Source of the DNA: a candidate division WWE3 bacterium RIFCSPHIGHO2_01_FULL_40_23
GTDB lineage: Bacteria; Patescibacteriota; WWE3; UBA101185; 2-01-FULL-41-18
Length of the DNA stretch: 64,000 nt
Assembly: GCA_001772615.1 (NCBI GenBank)
Contig: MEUZ01000003.1
Span: 12,450-76,449, forward strand
Reading direction: 5' to 3'
Part shown: positions 57,753-64,000 of the stretch, one piece after another
Layout: every line of letters starts with the position of its first letter
Position numbering within the stretch: position 1 is the stretch's first letter
Notes under the pieces: model-generated
What the model saw: the letters and a program-made list of their open reading frames with translations, nothing else
What the model was told of the DNA's origin: nothing
Database searches by the model: none
Made by a program: the position numbers and the translations under genes

Positions 57753-58373
57753 ATGCCTGTAACCTTATATCGCAAGCAAAAACAAATTCTTGACTTTATC
57801 TCCCAGTACATACAAAAAAGCGGGTACTCCCCTACTCTCCAGGAGATAGCGGACGCCATGTCTTTATCCTCTCTCGCCACGGTTCATGAACATTTGCAGG
57901 CTTTAGTGAAAAAAGGCGTCATAAAAAGGTTTGAGGGAGCTGTAAGAGGCATTGAGCTGATTGATGAAAAGATTTCGGCTACCTTAAACGGCATTGAACT
58001 TCCTCTCGTAGGTTATATAGCCGCCGGTCAGCCTATAGAGGCTATCGAGAATACGGCTGAAACCGTATTTGTGAACCCCGATCTTGTTTCAAAGGTTAAA
58101 AGGTGTTTTGTGCTCCAGGTAAAAGGGGATTCTATGATTACAGAGGGCATTCTTGATGGGGATTATGTGGTTGTAGCCCAGCAGGATCACGCTGAAAACG
58201 GAGACATAGTTGTAGCGCTCATAGACGGGTCTTTTGCCACCCTTAAAAAATACTATAAAGAAAAGGATAGAATCAGACTTCAGCCGGCAAATCCTAATAT
58301 GGAGCCGATCTACGCACGAGATGTCAAAATTCAAGGCAGAGTAACCGGAATAATAAGAAGATATTTAAAATAA
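57753..58373 (+). CDS. lexA: LexA repressor (SOS regulator, S24 peptidase)
   Basis: N-terminal wHTH (LTLQEIADAMSLSSLATVHEHLQAL), a cleavage-site region, and a C-terminal S24 domain (GDSMITEGILDGDYVVV...NGDIVVALIDGSFATLKKY) with the Ser/Lys dyad. Confidence 0.9.
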   Translation: MPVTLYRKQKQILDFISQYIQKSGYSPTLQEIADAMSLSSLATVHEHLQALVKKGVIKRFEGAVRGIELIDEKISATLNGIELPLVGYIAAGQPIEAIENTAETVFVNPDLVSKVKRCFVLQVKGDSMITEGILDGDYVVVAQQDHAENGDIVVALIDGSFATLKKYYKEKDRIRLQPANPNMEPIYARDVKIQGRVTGIIRRYLK

Positions 58374-58420
58374 TCTTTTAAATTACTAAAAACCTCCACG
58401 TGACGTGCTAAACTTAAGAT

Positions 58421-59089
58421 GTGAATATTGATAATTTCACTCCTAAACAGATTGAGGAGGCCAAAGAAGTAATACAAAAAAAAGAATTTATAATACCCTT
58501 ACCTAAAACTTCAAATGAAATTCCACCCGTCCTGTATGTTTTCAGGCATGGGCAGTCTGAAGACAACAGTAACTTTATCTTTTCTGGGTGGAGGGACTCC
58601 AAACTAACTGAACTTGGCAGAAACCAGGCTGAAATTCTTTCTGAAAAGCTAAAGGATGAGCACTTTGATCTTGCAATAACATCAAAACTTGTCAGGGCTA
58701 AAGAAACACTTGATATAGTTTTAAAGCATCATAGAAACGCAAAAGTAGAAATTGATGACAGAATAATAGAAAGATCTTACGGCGACTTACAAGGCTCTAG
58801 CAAAATTGAATTGTATCTTAAAGACCCAGTTACGGAAGAGAAATATAGAAGAGACTATGATTTCCCGGCAAATAACGGGGAGAGCCTAAAAATGGTTGAG
58901 AAAAGAGTTAAGAGTTTTCTTAATAGCCTGCTCCCAAGAATGAAGGCTGAAAAAATTAATGTGGTTGTTTCTTGCCATTCAAACTCAATGCGAGCCTTAA
59001 GAAAAATCCTAGAAAACTTAACAGTTGAAGAAATGTGTAAACTGGAAAATCCTTTGGGGCAGGATTTCGCATCTTATGAAATCAAATGA
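58421..59089 (+). CDS. Histidine phosphatase family protein (phosphoglycerate-mutase-like)
   Basis: LYVFRHGQSEDN (RHG catalytic motif) ... a late His in CHSNSMRAL. Confidence 0.75.
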   Translation: MNIDNFTPKQIEEAKEVIQKKEFIIPLPKTSNEIPPVLYVFRHGQSEDNSNFIFSGWRDSKLTELGRNQAEILSEKLKDEHFDLAITSKLVRAKETLDIVLKHHRNAKVEIDDRIIERSYGDLQGSSKIELYLKDPVTEEKYRRDYDFPANNGESLKMVEKRVKSFLNSLLPRMKAEKINVVVSCHSNSMRALRKILENLTVEEMCKLENPLGQDFASYEIK

Positions 59090-59801
59090 GATCACTAAAT
59101 TATTGAGCAACGACCCTTTATGGTACCGGGCTGTATATCAGGAAATTGAAAACATCAAAGCGATTAAAAACAATCGAAAAAGAAGGAGTTTGAAGCACAC
59201 TCTGCTCAAAATCACAAAGAGAGCATTAAAGGAAGGTACTATCATTCTTGGAAATAAATGGTACAACTGGGACCAGCATAGACTTCCTATCGACACTATT
59301 GTTCTTCACCACACATCCTCCAGCCCAACTATCTCCCTACTAGAATTATCGGCAGTGGAACTCCTAAACCTATATGTAAAACAATATATGACAGATGAGG
59401 ATGTCAAAGACCAGAAGATATTCTCCGGGCATTATTATCTAAATAAACCTGAGGATAAAAATGCTATGACTTTTACCTCATACCACTATCTGATCAGACC
59501 TGGTGGAAAGGTAACGAAAATAGTTGAAGACAGCGCATTTCTTTGGCATGCAGGAAACCTTGATATAAATAAGAGAAGTATAGCCATAGCGTTTGCGGGA
59601 AAGTTCATTAACGGTGAGAAACCATCAAAAATTGCTCTTGAAGTTTGCGCAAAGCTTATAAAAGAAACTTATGGTTTTATTCAAAAAGATAGAATTTTCG
59701 GTCATTGCGAAGTTATAAGAAAAGATATACTCGGCGAAACTATTTGCCCTGGTGAAAGCTTTATAAGTAACTGGAAACAAAGACTGTTAAAGCTTATATA
59801 G
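59025..59801 (+). CDS. N-acetylmuramoyl-L-alanine amidase (Amidase_2 / PGRP-like)
   Basis: VLHHTSS...WHAGN...GHCEV...CPG matches the zinc amidase_2 signature. The called start overlaps the previous gene by 65 nt, so an internal Met (MKSNEITKLL, about 59076) is more plausible. Confidence 0.65.
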   Translation: MKKCVNWKILWGRISHLMKSNEITKLLSNDPLWYRAVYQEIENIKAIKNNRKRRSLKHTLLKITKRALKEGTIILGNKWYNWDQHRLPIDTIVLHHTSSSPTISLLELSAVELLNLYVKQYMTDEDVKDQKIFSGHYYLNKPEDKNAMTFTSYHYLIRPGGKVTKIVEDSAFLWHAGNLDINKRSIAIAFAGKFINGEKPSKIALEVCAKLIKETYGFIQKDRIFGHCEVIRKDILGETICPGESFISNWKQRLLKLI

Positions 59802-61034
59802 GTTGCAATATCCCTCTATATTATTTATCTCCCCGTAGATCTCAAGTAAACGGTTATACTTGGCTACCCGCTCATGAGCCGGTGCTCCCGCTTTAAGATA
59901 ATCAGCGTTTATGGCTACGGCGAAATCCGCTATGAATGTGTCTTCCACAGCTTCCCCGCTTCGATGGGAAATAATTGTCGTAAGATTATTTTCCTTGGCT
60001 TTATTCACAAACTGGTAGGTCTCGGTTAAAGTTCCTATCTGATTGGGCTTAACAATAACGGCATTGTTGCACTTATGGGACAATGCATTATTCAACCTTT
60101 CAACATTTGTAACAGTGAGATCATCACCCACTACCAGTACAGAACCTCCAAACTTCTCATTAAATAAGCTCCAAGCCTTAAAATCACCCTCGGCAAAAGG
60201 ATCCTCTATGTAAATAAGGGGATACTTTCCTTTTAGAACCTCGTAATAACTTAAAAGCCGATCTGAATCCAAGGATAACCTCTCTTCAGGGATCACGTAA
60301 CTACCTTCCTTATAAAAAGAATTTGATGCTGCATCAATACCGACAAAAACCTCTTCATATAGCTTAAATCCGCTTCGCTGTATTGATTCGCATAATATTC
60401 CAAGGGCGGAGGAAGCGCTAAACTCTTTGGGTGAATACCCACCTTCATCCCCTATATCAAGCGAAAATCTTCTTTCAAGAAGAACCTGACCCAAAATCTT
60501 ATAGACCTTAGCTCCTATATCAAGAGCTTTTTCGTAATTAAGATTACGAGCAGGTACCACAAGAAACTCCTGAAAAGAAAGACCGTTTCGGGCGTGCATC
60601 CCTCCATTAATTACATTAAAAAGAGGTGTTGGAAATCTCTCCTGCCTAGTTTTAAATATTTCTGACAAATACCTATAAAGCGGTTTCCTTAATGAATAAG
60701 CCATAGCATTCGCTACAGCCAGAGAAACCGATAACGTGGTATTCTCGCCAAGCCTGCTTTTATCCGAAGTATTATCAAGCTCAATAAGCCTTTTATCTAC
60801 CCCGCTTTGATCAGAAGCTTCAATACCGCAGAAATTTGGGCCAAGATTATGGTTAATAAGATCTACCGCAAGTCCCGGATCGACGGATTTGGCCTCAAAC
60901 CCTCCTTTGGAAGCTCCTTCGGGAATTTCACCATGTCCCTTTGAACCATCCTCCAGCTCTACTTCAGTGCTAATGGTCCAATTCCCTCTTGAATTTAAAA
61001 CTTTATGTGCGTGTATATTTGAAATCTTTGGCAT
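59787..61034 (-). CDS. eno: Enolase (phosphopyruvate hydratase)
   Basis: MPKISNIHAHKVLNSRGNWTISTEVELEDGSKGHGEIPEGASKG is the N-terminus. Enolase C-terminal TIM barrel motifs (SHRSGE). Confidence 0.9.
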   Translation of the reverse strand: MPKISNIHAHKVLNSRGNWTISTEVELEDGSKGHGEIPEGASKGGFEAKSVDPGLAVDLINHNLGPNFCGIEASDQSGVDKRLIELDNTSDKSRLGENTTLSVSLAVANAMAYSLRKPLYRYLSEIFKTRQERFPTPLFNVINGGMHARNGLSFQEFLVVPARNLNYEKALDIGAKVYKILGQVLLERRFSLDIGDEGGYSPKEFSASSALGILCESIQRSGFKLYEEVFVGIDAASNSFYKEGSYVIPEERLSLDSDRLLSYYEVLKGKYPLIYIEDPFAEGDFKAWSLFNEKFGGSVLVVGDDLTVTNVERLNNALSHKCNNAVIVKPNQIGTLTETYQFVNKAKENNLTTIISHRSGEAVEDTFIADFAVAINADYLKAGAPAHERVAKYNRLLEIYGEINNIEGYCNLYKL

Positions 61035-61055
61035 TATTAAATTAAACCGAGGACC

Positions 61056-63308
61056 TTATTTCTTTTTATTTAAAAGTTTTCTTTCGGCGTCATAAATTAT
61101 TTTCCTTGTTTTATCAATAACATCGGGGCTAACTGAAACCGAGGTCACACCCCATGAGACCAGTTTTTCAACGAGCTCCGGATACTCGGACGGTGCCTGT
61201 CCGCATATAGAGCATGTGACTTTATTCTTACTGCATAAGGTTATCACCCTTTCAAGGGCCCATAAAACCGCGGGGTCCTGTTCATTAAATTCCTTTGAAA
61301 CTTTTTCATTGTCACGGTCAACTCCAAGAATCAGCATCGTAAGGTCATTTGACCCGATTGATACTCCATCAATACCCTCTTCAATAAAGCTTTCAAGCAG
61401 GATTACATTGGAAGGAATTTCGCACATCATCCAGAATTTAAAGTTTCCGCCTCTTCTTAAACCTGAAGCTGAAACGAACTTTTTCACTTCTCTTAGCTCG
61501 GGAACTGTCCTGACAAAAGGTATCATAAGATGCAGATTTTTAAATCCCTGCTTATTTCTCACTTCCTTCATAGCTTCAAGCTCAAGATTAAAAACTTCAT
61601 TATCCGATATATACCTATACGCCCCTCTAAAACCAAGCATAGGATTTGGTTCAAATCCTTCAAACTCTTCTCCTCCTTTTAAATTTTTATATTCATTTGT
61701 TCTGAAATCAGTTGCTCGATATATTACAGGTCTTGGGTTAAAAGCTTTGGCAAAAGATAAAAGTCCCTCCGACAGCCTCCTAATAAATTCCTTCTGCCTC
61801 CCCTCCTTTATAAATAATCTTGGGTGCTCCCCTATTTGCGCGATCATAAATTCGGCTCTCAAAAGACCTACCCCATCCACATTTCTTTTAGAGATTTCAC
61901 CCGCAATATCGGGCTCCGCCAGGTTTACATAAAGTTTAGTAGCCGTTTTCATGTTTGAGGTATCAACCTTTTCCTCTTTAACCTTGTGAGATTTTGATAC
62001 ATCACCCTCAAACACCTTACCAAACCCCCCATCAACCGTAATTACCTCTCCGTCTTTCAAAATCTTGGTAGCGTTGACAGTTCCAACAACCGCAGGAATC
62101 CCAAGCTCCCTGCTAACAATAGCCGCGTGGGACGTCCTTCCACCCTCATCCGTAACAATTGCTACTGCTCTTCTCATAGCAGGTACATAGTCGGGATTTG
62201 TCATAGTGGCAACAAGAACATCTCCTTCTTTTACCCTCCCAATCTCCTTCGGACCTTTTATTATTCTTACCTTGCCAAAGACCACTCCGGGAGATGCCGC
62301 AAGACCTGAAAGAAGAAGTTTTTCATCGGCAACACTTATCTTTTCATGTTCCCCCTCAACCTTCATTTTTAAAGTAGTTACTGGTCTTGACTGAACTATA
62401 TAAAGCTTACTGTTCTCAAGACCCCACTCAATATCACAGGGGTATCCATAGTGATCTTCAATTTTCTTTCCAATTACAGCCAGCTCAACTACTTTATCAT
62501 CCGTTAACTTCTGCGTTTCTCTATAAGCCTTTGAAATCTGAACTTTTCCCTCTTTGGTCAACTGCCAAGTCTGTTTAGAAAGCTCTTTGGCTTTGATTTT
62601 AAAACCTTCTTTCTCTACAACATATTGATCGGGAATCACCTCTCCAGAAACTATTGGCTGCCCAAGCCCAAAACCTGCTTCAATTGAAATCTCTGATCCT
62701 TCATTTGTGAGAGGGTTTACTGTAAACATTATCCCCGAAACTTCCGACTGAACCATAAGCTGAACTGGTACTGCAATACCCACTTTTAGATGAGAAAATC
62801 CCTTATCAGTTCTGTAAAATATCGCTCTTGACTCAAAAAGAGATGCATAGCATTTCTGAACCGAGTGAACAACGTCTTCATAACCGATCACATTGAGATA
62901 AGTTTCCTGCTGACCCGCAAAAGAAGCGTCAGGGAGGTCCTCCGCAGTCGCCGATGACCTTACGGCAACGAGCTTATCCATTTCACCGCAAAGCTTATGG
63001 TAAGCGTTTTTAATTTCCTCCCTTAAAGATTCGGCTAAAGAAGCGGATAATATCGCAGTCTTAATTTTATTTGAGGCTTCAAGAAGTTTCTTTGAGTCAT
63101 TTAAATCAAGTCCCGAAAGCTCTGTTAAAATCTTATTTTTTATTGAAGTTACCTCAATAAAATCAAAATATGCATCTGAAGTTACAACAAAACCGTTTGG
63201 TACTGGAATGCCCGCCGTGTACATCTCGCCAAGATTAGCACCCTTCCCCCCGGCAGTCTTTATATCGTTTTTACCAATCTCTGAAAACCACAAAACATGG
63301 GCAACCAT
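61056..63308 (-). CDS. ppsA: Phosphoenolpyruvate synthase / pyruvate, water dikinase
   Basis: N-terminal ATP-grasp (KTAGGKGANLGEM), a phospho-His domain (GGRTSHAAIVSRELGIPAVVG) and a C-terminal PEP-utilising TIM barrel. Confidence 0.85.
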   Translation of the reverse strand: MVAHVLWFSEIGKNDIKTAGGKGANLGEMYTAGIPVPNGFVVTSDAYFDFIEVTSIKNKILTELSGLDLNDSKKLLEASNKIKTAILSASLAESLREEIKNAYHKLCGEMDKLVAVRSSATAEDLPDASFAGQQETYLNVIGYEDVVHSVQKCYASLFESRAIFYRTDKGFSHLKVGIAVPVQLMVQSEVSGIMFTVNPLTNEGSEISIEAGFGLGQPIVSGEVIPDQYVVEKEGFKIKAKELSKQTWQLTKEGKVQISKAYRETQKLTDDKVVELAVIGKKIEDHYGYPCDIEWGLENSKLYIVQSRPVTTLKMKVEGEHEKISVADEKLLLSGLAASPGVVFGKVRIIKGPKEIGRVKEGDVLVATMTNPDYVPAMRRAVAIVTDEGGRTSHAAIVSRELGIPAVVGTVNATKILKDGEVITVDGGFGKVFEGDVSKSHKVKEEKVDTSNMKTATKLYVNLAEPDIAGEISKRNVDGVGLLRAEFMIAQIGEHPRLFIKEGRQKEFIRRLSEGLLSFAKAFNPRPVIYRATDFRTNEYKNLKGGEEFEGFEPNPMLGFRGAYRYISDNEVFNLELEAMKEVRNKQGFKNLHLMIPFVRTVPELREVKKFVSASGLRRGGNFKFWMMCEIPSNVILLESFIEEGIDGVSIGSNDLTMLILGVDRDNEKVSKEFNEQDPAVLWALERVITLCSKNKVTCSICGQAPSEYPELVEKLVSWGVTSVSVSPDVIDKTRKIIYDAERKLLNKKK

Positions 63309-63331
63309 AGTGGTTTTTAGTATACATTAAC

Positions 63332-64000
63332 CTATGAATATTTTACATACTCCGAAGGTAAAATCTCCGGAAGATTTGGCAATACTGACACCAAAAAATC
63401 AGCAATTTTATTAAAAACCTCTTTTGTGTCAGATTCAAATCTGATTGATATATAAGACCCTGTATTTGAAGCCCTCACAAGAAACCATCCCATCCTATCT
63501 AGGCTGACCCTTACACCATCAATTTCACTAACCATGATTTTTAGTCCCAAGTTTTTTAAGCTTTCACCGACTTTTTGAACAAGCCGGTCTTTCTCACCCT
63601 CTTCGCAAGGATATTTTATCTCACCTGTGTGATAAGTTTTGGGAAACTCATCCATCAGTTTAGAAAGCGACATACCTGCTTGAGACAAGATTTCAAGAAG
63701 TCTTACCGAGGAATACAAACCATCATCAAAACCAAAATATTTATCTCCAAAATACATGTGGCCTGAATACTCCGCCCCCAAAATGGCTCCCTCCTTAAGC
63801 CCCTTTATAAAATAAGGATGTCCTGTCCTTATCATTACGTGCTCCCCTCCAAAATCCTTTATAAACTTTTCTAAAAGACTGGTTGATTTAACATCACATA
63901 AAACCTTCTTTCCAGGATTTCCTTTTAATATATGTTTTGCAAACAGAAGAAGAAGTTTATCGTTTTCATAAATGTTCCCTTTATCATCAACAACTCCAAA
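63332..64000 (-). CDS. Phosphoglucomutase/phosphomannomutase, C-terminal part (partial; continues beyond the window end)
   Basis: Domains III-IV: GAEYSGH and RASNTGSYISIRFE (the RxSxTEP-like loop). The hand-translated upstream frame (FGVVDDKGNIYENDKLLLLFAKHIL...) stays open to position 64000. Confidence 0.8.
   Translation of the reverse strand, partial: FGVVDDKGNIYENDKLLLLFAKHILKGNPGKKVLCDVKSTSLLEKFIKDFGGEHVMIRTGHPYFIKGLKEGAILGAEYSGHMYFGDKYFGFDDGLYSSVRLLEILSQAGMSLSKLMDEFPKTYHTGEIKYPCEEGEKDRLVQKVGESLKNLGLKIMVSEIDGVRVSLDRMGWFLVRASNTGSYISIRFESDTKEVFNKIADFLVSVLPNLPEILPSEYVKYS

Overview
64-kb chromosomal window from a low-GC, small-genome bacterium. The gene content suggests Patescibacteria/CPR (inference): a truncated dcw cluster, class II RNR with a PduO-type adenosyltransferase, gatCAB, a sortase, many short intergenic regions and apparently leaderless genes. 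Most genes are on the minus strand. I recognised no rRNA and no CRISPR.

In order along the window:
- polA, partial: 3'-5' exo and polymerase domains only, no 5'-3' exo domain.
- gatB, a small HEPN-like ORF wedged between gatA and gatB, gatA, gatC.
- LemA and a PolX/PHP polymerase.
- tRNA-Asp, a LysM protein, tRNA-Gly and tRNA-Thr.
- A tRNA-flanked surface-glycan cluster: Wzy-like ligase, GT4, GT2, Wzx-like flippase and two glycoside hydrolases.
- An alpha/beta hydrolase, an EamA transporter and an SplB-like radical SAM protein.
- A ~3.6-kb integrated element of two hypothetical ORFs, a rolling-circle Rep with all three HUH motifs and a large serine recombinase. The recombinase 3' end overlaps tRNA-Val(CAC) on the opposite strand.
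- lepB, rpmA and rplU, a SAM-methyltransferase, two divergent GT4 genes, a LytR_C-domain protein, a TlyA-like methyltransferase and rodA.
- ileS, a PduO-type adenosyltransferase and class II RNR nrdJ.
- The division/wall cluster ftsZ-ftsA-ftsQ-murG-ftsW-mraY, then murA, secG and a DUF360-like protein.
- uvrC, a transglutaminase-like protein, uvrA, PBP1A, a sortase, uvrB, a wHTH regulator-like protein and lexA.
- A histidine phosphatase, a muramoyl-alanine amidase, eno, ppsA and a partial PGM/PMM.

The strongest candidates for something new are the Rep + serine-recombinase element with its nested-palindrome site, the HEPN-like gene translationally coupled inside gatCAB, and the identical promoter-like 11-mer abutting the start codons of uvrB and uvrC.
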